From: an uncultured bacterium | GTDB lineage: Bacteria > JAJVIF01 > JAPKYR01 | Assembly: GCA_965369865.1 (NCBI GenBank) | Contig: CBDURU010000001.1 | Location: 32,001 to 96,000 of the forward strand | DNA: 64,000 bases | Direction: 5' to 3' | Part shown: in pieces, positions 19,201 through 28,097 of the stretch | Layout: the number at the start of each line of letters is the position of its first letter | How positions within the stretch are numbered: position 1 is the first letter of the stretch | Notes under the pieces: model-generated | Databases searched by the model: none | What the model was told of the DNA's origin: nothing | The model's input: the letters and a program-made list of their open reading frames with translations, nothing else | Position numbers and translations under genes: made by a program

Positions 19201-21108
19201 GGAAGGGGTACATCCCTTGTGGGCAGGAAATTGTACGATGTGGCAGGCTATTACGGCACACGCTGGTACTCTGAACCGAATGACAATAACTGTGGTGTCT
19301 ATTCAGCGATGGTGTCGGCATCCGAATACGAACATTTCCTTGAAACACACGAGTTGCCCCTGGCAAAATGGACAAAAGACGATAATTACATCGAGTCATT
19401 CAGCCCGGATGCTGGCGATGTTTGCGTTTTTTATAATCCGAACCGCTATACACATGTTAGATTCACTGTCTCACTGGCCGCGCAAATGCCGTCCGGAAAT
19501 CCCGCCATTGAACTTATATCCGCACCGATTTCGGCAAGGACCGGCGAGAGTGTTACGTTCGAAGGAAATGCCTCGGATAACCTCCATGTCGCTGCACTAT
19601 ACGTATCATTTGATAACGGTATTGATTTCACAGATATAACCGACTCTTACGACAGGGGTACGGGGAATTTCACATACACATGGAACACCAGCGCGCAAGG
19701 CCCCATCCTCTCTGGAGAATACCCTATTGTCTTTTGTGTTGGGGACTGCTCCGGCATGTCATCTCATACTGACAGGATATTTTTCACGCTCGAAGACGCA
19801 AGGGAATTCCATGACCAGGTTATTTTTCAGGACAATCCCGATTCTCCCCTGCCTTTATCTTCCTGGATGCTGGGGCCATTCACTGTCGGGGATAACGAGC
19901 GTTTCCTCGGAATTCAATGCGAAAGCAACGAGCCTGGTTTCGATGCGGACCTTTTCCTCTTTCATGACGCAAACGGTAACCGCATGCTTGATGGTATGAA
20001 CGAACAAATTGCGTCATCGACATCCCCGACAGCGGTCGAGACCATCCTTCGCAATGATCCCCAACCGGGAGTTTACTGGATATTCTGCCAGGGATGGCGG
20101 GTCGATGACCGGACAGATATCGACCTGTGGGAAGGCATCAGGAATTTACCGCCGGGGCAACTTCTGGCGCTTGACCCGATGGATATCGATAAAATGGTCG
20201 CGTACGCGTTGATCGACCTTTCCCTTTCGTTCGAATTCAGCCCGGCTTTCATTATCGATATCAACCCGGCCAGTGAGCTATGTATCGCCAATCCTGAAAT
20301 CACAGGCAGGTTCCGGGAAGGATTCAATATCGATACCGGTTCCTTCAGGATATCATCCGCGGGCGAAGACATTGCGGAAATTGTCCTTGTGGACGACGAA
20401 GGATTTATCATCTCGTTTGATGAATTGGCAATCGAGGAAGGCATCGAGTATCCGCTCCGGATCGAAGCATCGACAACAGACGGCCGGTATGACGTAGTTG
20501 AACTGACATTAACCGGTACGGTGCCCGAACGGGTCAGTATTGAACATTCAATCACCGGGGATGCTGAAAATATTTCGGTTGCGGTCCAGCTTCTGGAAGA
20601 TAGCGCATTGCTTGAAATGGCTCGCGCGAGAATAGATGAACTTCCATGGGTCGCGCTCGATCCGGATGAAACACTCGCATCGGCCGGTCGGGAAATTTCT
20701 CTCACCGGATTGGAAGAAGGGGAGCATAATTTAACTGTCGAATACCGGATCATGGGCGACGTTCTCGAATCGAAAGAACTATCGTTTGATTTCAATCGGA
20801 ATATTCAGCAGAAATTAATCAGCCTGTTGCCCGGTGACGGTTCGTCAGTTTACGACCATCGCTCGGTTCTTGTCGCTTACTTCTCCCTCGAGATCAGGGA
20901 GGACATCGGTAATGTAGCTGTATTCCTCGACAACGTTGAAATTACCGCCTCAGCAATCATCACCGCCGACGGCATTTTCTACCTCCCGGAGGATTTATAC
21001 ACAAAAGGCGAACACACCTTTGGCGTGATCGTAACTTTAACCGACGGGACTGTCATTGAGGCAAGTTCAACGTTCACAATCCTGTCAATGGACGACGAAG
21101 AGGAATAA
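16276..21108 (+). CDS. Large secreted protein: FG-GAP/VCBS repeats + transglutaminase-like core + Ig-like/PPC-like domains
   Basis: Signal peptide; repeated DxNxDxxxDLxxG; GSCGE, DHAWNEW and QWD (Cys-His-Asp); DADLFL...PGVYWI. Confidence 0.8.
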   Translation: MHKSYLRILLCLTTVILLVPQNSPAEIGSDPDPCETYTFEREIRLAPGEFYAVIYNNDRKEFTGTEPDRGYEGLPDSALRQVLRSPLWLREKFIDRLVDLYYDDIDVGDDAVPFFRDVNDDELRDLLVGNPDGEIKCFLAPYFRENQDFETGDIGTNAVAEGHGFSLTGAEDGSITVITDGEIDAQLQDNLNRIKVEGNSCPIFEDINGDYLPDLLIGSSDGTISVYENFGTKEKWWFVSFNTATDRRFDDDIGYLSSPRIKDVNNDGINDIVSGAKDAQGLRIYYGPDYTEPVGFNYDSANANRFDGAIVPALGDFNGDGRCDHAIGLEDGSIQVFITDQGNVSHCSENFSRGINVPGFATPCSADFDGDEICDLIVGAGDGKLHFFKGTGDGFEILHDVFDGIEFGEYPSPAGFDFNHDSRTDLVVGNRAGEIKVFLAPDWIEVERGLGLVNSGNFTSPAFGDLTGDNIPELLIGSIDGTFRYYEGRDASWTECYSWQFHQMFSGGGIEGYLERTHAEATLFRGMNDDEALDAFLEIFENSADEYFDEVVFAFSNIQTEMLRTMSRLNNADLLLENARAIYDFASRVKYANIREKGDYTTIEYVSEDGALMEMPRDIYYWWVVHPVVEYEIPARIDASYFRHDADFYGITEEEWTRKEITADEFEHTPDAYFWRTFLPVDRRYGMNLLDVVEPAENIREAAYLIADWITYSGSRTGRWNEYGLQSSDLQPLVIYEKNYGSCGEQAMMGVAFSRTALIPNAPVGCSGEDHAWNEWWMDGQWYQWDLSHAITGLGHPWNERRGHTGTPLLSITRRRGDGLVQNSTTRPVNPPGSNYNPDNAPGYTEVGRVTIRVVDEIEEPVEGALVVIRSKWNNYYRTSIWDYTDPEGYCYLELGNPATGSCVVDVITPLGNTGTEYFIVRENEECEYTYTLPGRFNGRILDSSSFGTRDSTLNNLEVSINVIEEEQRPQNFSTGRGTSLVGRKLYDVAGYYGTRWYSEPNDNNCGVYSAMVSASEYEHFLETHELPLAKWTKDDNYIESFSPDAGDVCVFYNPNRYTHVRFTVSLAAQMPSGNPAIELISAPISARTGESVTFEGNASDNLHVAALYVSFDNGIDFTDITDSYDRGTGNFTYTWNTSAQGPILSGEYPIVFCVGDCSGMSSHTDRIFFTLEDAREFHDQVIFQDNPDSPLPLSSWMLGPFTVGDNERFLGIQCESNEPGFDADLFLFHDANGNRMLDGMNEQIASSTSPTAVETILRNDPQPGVYWIFCQGWRVDDRTDIDLWEGIRNLPPGQLLALDPMDIDKMVAYALIDLSLSFEFSPAFIIDINPASELCIANPEITGRFREGFNIDTGSFRISSAGEDIAEIVLVDDEGFIISFDELAIEEGIEYPLRIEASTTDGRYDVVELTLTGTVPERVSIEHSITGDAENISVAVQLLEDSALLEMARARIDELPWVALDPDETLASAGREISLTGLEEGEHNLTVEYRIMGDVLESKELSFDFNRNIQQKLISLLPGDGSSVYDHRSVLVAYFSLEIREDIGNVAVFLDNVEITASAIITADGIFYLPEDLYTKGEHTFGVIVTLTDGTVIEASSTFTILSMDDEEE

Positions 21109-21277
21109 TACCTTGGTTTTATTCCGGATTCCCATCGCCTTTAAAAAGACCTGACTGGATTACAAGTGAATAAAATTCGAGATAATTCAGCCTGGAATAT
21201 CTTTCATCATTTATCCATGCATCTTATGAACATGGTCATGATATACTTTGTCCTAATTGGCAGGGAGGTGAGACGAT

Positions 21278-23164
21278 ATGGCATTACTTAAAAGCATTGG
21301 ACCCATTATTGGATTCCATCTTTTTTTTATAATCCTGATCGTAGTAGGATTCATCCGCTTCAGGAAGCCGATATCGGGACCTCTGCTTTCAGTTGGATTT
21401 ATCGGTCTCGCGATTTGTGTCTGGTTCTTTATGTTAACCACGTATATGTTACGTGACCTTATTAGTTTTGACAGCTACGTTAATTTAATGAGCCTGTTAA
21501 TTACGCCAATCGGTATTTTGATGCCTGTAATAATTATTCTTATGCTGTTAATTCTCGGTATTGTGAAACGAGATCATAAACATTCCGGTGAGTTCATGTT
21601 AATTGGTGGTGTAGGAGCCCTTATCGCGTTCGTAATTGTGATGATGACTGCTCCAAGCTGGATCCACGATCCTGCAAAGGTGAACCGGACAACCCCGGCA
21701 AACAACCAAGGTACAGGTTCTCTGGGTAGTGGTGATCTTATCTGGGTTCAGAGCGCCGGAGGAGTAGCTAACATTGAACAGGGTAACGGAATCACGACTC
21801 TTTCTGACGATTCTACAGTCGTGACAGGACAGTTTCGTGGAGTGGCCACATTCGGACCGCGTGAGCCGAACCAGCCGAACCAGACAGTCCTTTATTCCCT
21901 TGGAGGGAGCGACATATTCATTGCGCGATACAATCCGGACGGCTCCCTCGCATGGGCGAAACGGACGGGTGGTACTTCTGACTTTTATGAAGCAGGCAAA
22001 GGAATTACATCTCTTTCGGACAATTCGGTTGTAGTGACAGGTTGGTTTACCGAATCGGCTACATTTGGACCGGGCGAGCCGAACCAGACAATCCTGACTT
22101 CTGCTGGAGATAGAGATATTTTTATCGCGCGATACAACGCGGACGGTACACTCGTCTGGGCGAAACAGGCCGGAGGGACTTCTGAATATAAAGGTGAAAT
22201 GGGCAATGGAATTACATCGCTTTCGGACGATTCGATAATTGTGACAGGAATGTTTTATGGAGCTGCCACATTCGGACCCGGTGAATCAAACCAGACAGTC
22301 CTGACTTCCGCGGGTTTTGGCGATATCTTCATTGCGCGTTACAACCTGGACGGTACACTCGCCTGGGCAAAACTGGCCGGGGGAGCATTTGTTGATTACG
22401 GCAATGCAATCACTGCGCTTTCGGATAATTCGACAGTCGTGACTGGGAGGTTTGAAATATCGGGAACATTCGGATCGGGCGAGCCTAACGAGACAATCCT
22501 GACTGCCGCCCGCTATAATGATATTTTCATCGCGCGTTACAATCCGGATGGCACACTCGCCTGGGCAAAACGCGCCGGAGGAGCGAAGTACGATGAGGGT
22601 AATGGAATCACGGCGCTTTCTGATGATTCGACAGTTATAACAGGACATTTTGCAGAATCCGCCACATTCGGACCCGGCGAGCCGAATATGACAGTCCTGG
22701 ATTCCTCTGGCATTGGCGATATCTTTATCGCTCGTTATAACCCGGATGGCACACTCGCATGGGCGAAACGTACCGGAGGTGCTTATAACGATTATTTGGG
22801 TATCAATGAAGAATGGGGATATGGAATCACAACGCTTTCAGGCGATTCGACTGTAGTAACAGGAATGTTTGCAGAAAAGGCCACATTCGGGGAGGGTGAC
22901 CCGAACCAGACAGTCCTGACCACCGCTGGAATGAGCGATATCTTCATTGCGTCGTACAATCCTGACGGTACACTAGCATGGGCTAAATGCGCCGGAGGAG
23001 GATATTATGATTTTGGCTATGGCATCGCTACGCTTTCGGACGATTCGATAGTAGTGACAGGGCAAATTGGAGATTTAGCTATTTTCGGAGCGGGCGAGCC
23101 TAACGAGGTAGCCCCAACTTCTGCTGGAAATGACGATATCTTCATCGCGAGATTTGGACCCTAA
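21278..23164 (+). CDS. Membrane-anchored beta-propeller repeat protein (SBBP-like)
   Basis: About four N-terminal TM helices, then seven ~66-aa repeats (WAKxAGG...ITxLSDDSxVVTG...DIFIARYNPDG). Confidence 0.8.
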   Translation: MALLKSIGPIIGFHLFFIILIVVGFIRFRKPISGPLLSVGFIGLAICVWFFMLTTYMLRDLISFDSYVNLMSLLITPIGILMPVIIILMLLILGIVKRDHKHSGEFMLIGGVGALIAFVIVMMTAPSWIHDPAKVNRTTPANNQGTGSLGSGDLIWVQSAGGVANIEQGNGITTLSDDSTVVTGQFRGVATFGPREPNQPNQTVLYSLGGSDIFIARYNPDGSLAWAKRTGGTSDFYEAGKGITSLSDNSVVVTGWFTESATFGPGEPNQTILTSAGDRDIFIARYNADGTLVWAKQAGGTSEYKGEMGNGITSLSDDSIIVTGMFYGAATFGPGESNQTVLTSAGFGDIFIARYNLDGTLAWAKLAGGAFVDYGNAITALSDNSTVVTGRFEISGTFGSGEPNETILTAARYNDIFIARYNPDGTLAWAKRAGGAKYDEGNGITALSDDSTVITGHFAESATFGPGEPNMTVLDSSGIGDIFIARYNPDGTLAWAKRTGGAYNDYLGINEEWGYGITTLSGDSTVVTGMFAEKATFGEGDPNQTVLTTAGMSDIFIASYNPDGTLAWAKCAGGGYYDFGYGIATLSDDSIVVTGQIGDLAIFGAGEPNEVAPTSAGNDDIFIARFGP

Positions 23165-23361
23165 ATTCCCCAGGTGCCGGGTACAGACTAAGGGAGGCGA
23201 AACCGAACGTGTATGTGCCCGTTGAACACGTACCCGATTAAAAATAATTGCAGAAATAATATACGGGTTCCCGTGTTACGTTTCTTAAGGAATTCCTCGC
23301 GGTCCGGATCATCCCGGAAAACGCCCTGATGATTGTTACCTGCAACCGCAGATTGGTTCGA

Positions 23362-24708
23362 TCAACCTGTAACACTCCGTTCGGTAAACTTGATCCCCAA
23401 CCCTTCAAGCTCATCGAGGATAGGATTGTATATATCAGGAAGTACCGGGATATGCACTCCTGTCAACTTAATCTCGCTATGGAGGATCATACGTGTCGCG
23501 ACGGCAGCCGGAAGCCCGACAGTTCGCGCCATAGATGTATCGCCGTACGGAATTCCGAAATCTACCAGTGACGATGTAATCTTCTCTGTCCGGTCGGGAA
23601 ACTCAGCTTCAAACTTGTGATGCATCGCAATCATATCCCGTTCCCCAGGTTCATATTGGAGTTTCTCAAGGAAAATTCCCACGAGAATATCCAGAGGGCT
23701 CATTTCCGCGGCTGGAAGCGGTTTTTCATTATCGAACAGTCCCAGCCAGGTCCATTTACCTATTACCGGAGGATCCGCTGGTATATTGAACTTCGTTGAA
23801 ATTGCGGCTTCGAGGTTCCCGTCATTTGGGAATCCGCCAAGTTTAGCCATTAAATCACGATAAGTCATACCATCGAGACCGCTCAAGACCTCAATATCAA
23901 AAAGACCCGCCTCAGAGAGTTTTTTCCATGTCACGCAATGCCCCAGATTACGAAACGTACCGCGGTACATTGTCCCGACATCTGTCAAGCCGTATACATC
24001 CTGGTACGGCATACTGTCGCGATTGGCATACGCTTCAAATCCATCCTCAAGTTCTTCCAGCTTTACATGGTGGAAATAATCGAAAAGATTCTCACCGGGA
24101 ATTTCAACAATTTTTCCATCCTCAAGGTATTTCGCTGAATTCTTCGCAGCAAGGACCACACCCCTCGGGCTCCATGAAAACTTGTATCCCCAAGGTGTTG
24201 TCTTCGCCTCAGGTGCGGGAAGCCCTCCGCAGTACGACCTAAAGCTGGTAATCTTCCCCCCCCTGGCTTCGACATCATGGATAACCCGCATCGCAGACAT
24301 GTGATCAATACCGGGATCGACACCAATCTCATTGAGAATGATAATACCGGCATCTTTCGCGGCCTGGTCCAGTTCTTTCATCTCATCGCTCACATAGCTG
24401 GTTGTGACCATGAGTTTTCCATGCCTGATCGCGGCTTTCGCGACTGCCGGGTGATGCATAGCGGGAAGAAGGCTGATTGCAAGATCGTGTTTCGCAACAA
24501 GTTCGTCCAGCCCATCTGGATTCTCTTCAATATCAAATTGCACTGCTAACCCGTTTGGACGGTCCCCGATCAATGCATGGGCTTTTGCAAGGGTCCGGGT
24601 TGCGATAGTCAGAGAAAAACCTGGCACATCGAGGAGGTAATTTACGAGCGGACGGGTAACAAGTCCGGCTCCGAGAAGTAGAATTTGCTTGTCATTGTCT
24701 GAGGTCAT
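23362..24708 (-). CDS. Saccharopine dehydrogenase (glutamate-forming, Lys9/AASS-SDH-like)
   Basis: LLGAG, TTSYVS, NEIGVDPGIDH, SYCGGLPAPE, YKFSWSPRG, ANRDS, MARTVG. Confidence 0.92.
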   Translation of the reverse strand: MTSDNDKQILLLGAGLVTRPLVNYLLDVPGFSLTIATRTLAKAHALIGDRPNGLAVQFDIEENPDGLDELVAKHDLAISLLPAMHHPAVAKAAIRHGKLMVTTSYVSDEMKELDQAAKDAGIIILNEIGVDPGIDHMSAMRVIHDVEARGGKITSFRSYCGGLPAPEAKTTPWGYKFSWSPRGVVLAAKNSAKYLEDGKIVEIPGENLFDYFHHVKLEELEDGFEAYANRDSMPYQDVYGLTDVGTMYRGTFRNLGHCVTWKKLSEAGLFDIEVLSGLDGMTYRDLMAKLGGFPNDGNLEAAISTKFNIPADPPVIGKWTWLGLFDNEKPLPAAEMSPLDILVGIFLEKLQYEPGERDMIAMHHKFEAEFPDRTEKITSSLVDFGIPYGDTSMARTVGLPAAVATRMILHSEIKLTGVHIPVLPDIYNPILDELEGLGIKFTERSVTG

Positions 24709-24740
24709 TTTTAAAACTCCTTAAGAGAAAATTCAAAGGA

Positions 24741-26054
24741 TTATGCGTTCAGAAATTCGTTAAGGTACTCATACTCAGGTGTAAGCTTTCCGTGATATAC
24801 GATCACGGACCGCTTCAATGGCTCGGGTAAATCGAGTTGGTCGAAACCCACCGAAAAATCCGCTTTCACAAGGTCGGGAATAAAATTTCTCAGCGTGCCC
24901 GAGAACCTTGTGCTCGCTTCCCTGGGAAGTTCGCACGGGAGGTTATCAACCGCGAGGATCACCGGACCGTTTCCTTTCACACCATCGATCGCCAGACCTG
25001 AATCGACATCGTAAACGTAGATCGGGTTTCCCGAATCGGTCGCTTTCAAGGAAACTTCAATAGCCCCTTCGACATCAATCGAAATGTCGCCGATCACGAT
25101 AAGTTTCGGATCGCCGGACGAATACATCTCCACAACTTGATCTTTAACCAGGAGACGCGGGTAATCATCGGTCCAGAAAATGCAGTTCATCAGGACAGTT
25201 AAATGGGGAATAAATTTACTGAAAACACCCCTGTATTTCTCTGGATTGTCATAGTAGTCCTGCAGCTCGAAAACCCCACCTTTTTCCAAAGGTTCAACCA
25301 TGTCCTTTTCGTAGAAAACCACCTTATAGACTTGCTTGTTCGATGAGAATGTATCGGGATTGGGATTTAGCAGTTCGTCCGGTGAAATTTCAATTACCGG
25401 CAGGTTGTTAAGAATTTCCTGGGCGCCTTTCGATACATTTCCGTAGCCCGCGAATCCGATAACCACCGGATGAATTTCATCGGCAAGACCGTTCGAAGCG
25501 ATTTCCTTCCCAACCGCTTCCAATGCGGTCTCGGCGAATGTAAGGCTGCGATATCCGGGTGCCTGCCTGACGCCGATAAACGGGTTATCGATTTTCATCT
25601 CGTTCAACCTTTGTCCGAGAGCCCAGAGAGTATCGATCATTCCGGCCTGCCCCGCTTCGCTCCCGAAAAATACCTGCCTTATTCCCTTCTCATCCGTGAT
25701 TTTTTCGTAATCGAGAAGGTTGCACTCGAGCTGCATCAGCCGTTTGAGTATCGGCATATTGTGCTCCTGGCCCTTGATCACATGGGAGAAGAAAATGTAG
25801 GTTTTGCCCCTCAGGAAAAAGTCGACGGGCATCTCCTTGATGCCGATAATGACATCGCAACCCGCCAGATCCTTGTCGGTACGGGCGCCGATCGCCATAT
25901 ACTCGGCGTCGCTGAATGCACGGTTCGGCATTGGCTGAACTGAAATCCCAACCCCCTGTTCCCTGATAAGACGACCAGCGTCCATGGGAACAATCGGCAC
26001 TCGCTTTTCCCATTCGTTCTTGTCCTCCAGACGTATCCCGATACGATTAACCAT
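24741..26054 (-). CDS. Lysine-2-oxoglutarate reductase (AASS-LKR-like, AlaDH/PNT fold)
   Basis: EDKNEWEKRVP, FFSHVIKGQ, DYEKI, GYGNVSKGAQE, VDNLPCELPREAS. Confidence 0.88.
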   Translation of the reverse strand: MVNRIGIRLEDKNEWEKRVPIVPMDAGRLIREQGVGISVQPMPNRAFSDAEYMAIGARTDKDLAGCDVIIGIKEMPVDFFLRGKTYIFFSHVIKGQEHNMPILKRLMQLECNLLDYEKITDEKGIRQVFFGSEAGQAGMIDTLWALGQRLNEMKIDNPFIGVRQAPGYRSLTFAETALEAVGKEIASNGLADEIHPVVIGFAGYGNVSKGAQEILNNLPVIEISPDELLNPNPDTFSSNKQVYKVVFYEKDMVEPLEKGGVFELQDYYDNPEKYRGVFSKFIPHLTVLMNCIFWTDDYPRLLVKDQVVEMYSSGDPKLIVIGDISIDVEGAIEVSLKATDSGNPIYVYDVDSGLAIDGVKGNGPVILAVDNLPCELPREASTRFSGTLRNFIPDLVKADFSVGFDQLDLPEPLKRSVIVYHGKLTPEYEYLNEFLNA

Positions 26055-26191
26055 AGTGACATCACCTTGCCTGGTGTTGATTCCTTAACCACAAGGGATG
26101 GAATTGTAGCATCACTATTGGGGACTATCAATATTTGGAAATTCAGGGATTTTGTATATATATACAGGATGCCGGGGATTTGATTAATCAG

Positions 26192-26281
26192 GCAGGCGGG
26201 ACGCATGCGCTACGGGTTTAAGAATTAGATGTCCGTCTTTGGTACTCGGTTTAACCGTAGGGGCGCCGCTTGCCGTGCCCT
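26192..26281. repeat. Two REP-like GTAG-footed palindromes
   Basis: 26192-26216 is identical to 16174-16198 inside MITE copy 2; 26257-26281 reads GTAGGGGCGCCGCTTGCCGTGCCCT. Confidence 0.55.
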
Positions 26282-26293
26282 TGTCTCTGAGAT

Positions 26294-26710
26294 TTACTCT
26301 TCAGACCATGCAACCGTACCCTTAATACCATCCACTTTGACAATTGATCCATTCGGGATCAATTCAATCAAATCTTCGACAGGCTCGCAGACCAAGGCAA
26401 TTTCCGCGAGGATAGCTCCCTCGACAATATTCGGATCGGCTGGCTTACTTAAAACGATCGCGGCAGGCTGTTTTCCCATTCGTGCAAGTGACATAAGGAC
26501 CACGCATCCCCCCGATGACCCTTTTGTTTCAGGGTAGATCATTACTTTCCCGGTAATTGATTCCCCCTCGTGTTCATGGCCTTTCGCGATGATGACCCCG
26601 GTGTCCATGTCGACATCGCCAAGGAACGAGAAAGCGTTATGGCACACGAGGGCGGGGCCTTCGGCAAGTCTTTTTACAATTCCACGGGATTTTATTGATT
26701 TTTCAGGCAT
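26294..26710 (-). CDS. Aconitase X small (swiveling, DUF126) subunit
   Basis: SFLGDVD..TG, GESITGKV and KGSSGG motifs; start moved to ATG 26710. Confidence 0.88.
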   Translation of the reverse strand: MPEKSIKSRGIVKRLAEGPALVCHNAFSFLGDVDMDTGVIIAKGHEHEGESITGKVMIYPETKGSSGGCVVLMSLARMGKQPAAIVLSKPADPNIVEGAILAEIALVCEPVEDLIELIPNGSIVKVDGIKGTVAWSEE

Positions 26711-26739
26711 TCGAAATTTCGAAATATTGCATTTCCAAT

Positions 26740-28005
26740 TTAAATTAATCTCCCCTCGACCGCGCACCTTAAGCAATCATCCAATCTCCGAAATCCGGTT
26801 TTGCACCCGATCAGGTCGCCGACATATCTCGCCATCTTGGCTGAATCGGTCACCATCGCTTCGATCTGCGGCACCTTCAATCCGAATTCATTGCACGTCG
26901 AAATCCTCATATGGCTCTCGACAGGACATGTATCGGTTATCACGAGACCTCCGGCAGCTTCGATCGTCGATGTGAACCCTTGCCATGTCGCGAGCTGTTT
27001 TATCATTCTACTTGTTGTGACCCACATTCGAACATCCGGATGCACATTAACGTCATTTTCCCGGAACCATTCAGCGACATAACGAATTTGATCCAAGTTG
27101 TAATGAGGACAGCCGATCTCGACAAAATCGATTTTTTCTCCTGTCTCGATATTCGTCATTTTATCGTATGCGTTTTTTATGTCATCGAGGGTTACTACGT
27201 GAGTTTCTTTCGGCTCAGAATCCTGGAATGCTTCCTCTAAAGAATTCACCTCGGCAGTATGTGGCGGTGCATGGAAAAGCGTCACCGATCCCGATGTTGC
27301 CAGCGCAGCTCCGAGTGCCAATAGGTTGGTCTCGGTCGGAATTCCCAGATTATCAAACACCGGGACCTCGCTTCCCACAATATTCCCTGCGTGAAATCCA
27401 AGGGCGGAGTAATCGGAATCATCACGAAGTTCATCCGGAGTCAAATTTACATTGAACAGGTGCGTACCCTTCCTGTTCTCATCGAGAAGGTAACCCATCA
27501 ACGGATATTTCCCGGTCACCGCGGAATAGCGTGTAAAAACCCCTCCTCGGTTGGTCCTGGCCCCGAGCACGGAGTTGTAATAAATTATCGCCGACGATTC
27601 TACCGAAATAATATTCGAACGCTTTGGCGGGATAAATCCGCATAGCTGTGGAGTGCAGGTGTAGGTTCCGCAGATTCCCATTTTTTTATGGGCGTCGACC
27701 ACCTGGCTCTGGAGTTTGTAAATCGGTTCCGGAACGCCGCATTTATTCCATTGTTCGAGGTCACAGGCGAGTGTGGAGGTCGCGGTCGGGACTTTTACTT
27801 TCGCTCCGGTTTCGGCGTATTCGACAACATCCTCGACACTTCCCTTGTATATCGACATCTCGGCAGGATAAAAAGCATATGTGACATCGATGAATTTCTC
27901 CGCCTCGAATGCATCACCGAACTGCACGAGGTAATCCATTGCCTTCGCGATGGGATCGCCGTAGACTCCATCGAGCATTTTCTTTTCTTCGTCAGTGAGT
28001 TTCAT
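26740..28005 (-). CDS. Aconitase X large catalytic (DUF521) subunit
   Basis: MKLTDEEK..LDG, TCTP, ESSA..YNSVLGARTNR, IGCPH, DTC, TDSAK. Confidence 0.9.
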   Translation of the reverse strand: MKLTDEEKKMLDGVYGDPIAKAMDYLVQFGDAFEAEKFIDVTYAFYPAEMSIYKGSVEDVVEYAETGAKVKVPTATSTLACDLEQWNKCGVPEPIYKLQSQVVDAHKKMGICGTYTCTPQLCGFIPPKRSNIISVESSAIIYYNSVLGARTNRGGVFTRYSAVTGKYPLMGYLLDENRKGTHLFNVNLTPDELRDDSDYSALGFHAGNIVGSEVPVFDNLGIPTETNLLALGAALATSGSVTLFHAPPHTAEVNSLEEAFQDSEPKETHVVTLDDIKNAYDKMTNIETGEKIDFVEIGCPHYNLDQIRYVAEWFRENDVNVHPDVRMWVTTSRMIKQLATWQGFTSTIEAAGGLVITDTCPVESHMRISTCNEFGLKVPQIEAMVTDSAKMARYVGDLIGCKTGFRRLDDCLRCAVEGRLI

Positions 28006-28055
28006 TTTAATAGTTCATGGCCCGGAGTGCCATGGAGCGGGAAATCATGCGCCGG

Positions 28056-28094
28056 AGTCACATGCCACAGTCACATGCCACAGTCGCATGCCAC
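28056..28094. repeat. 13-bp tandem repeat (AGTCACATGCCAC) x3
   Basis: Two perfect units and one with a single mismatch, in the intergenic gap. Confidence 0.75.
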
Positions 28095-28097
28095 AAT

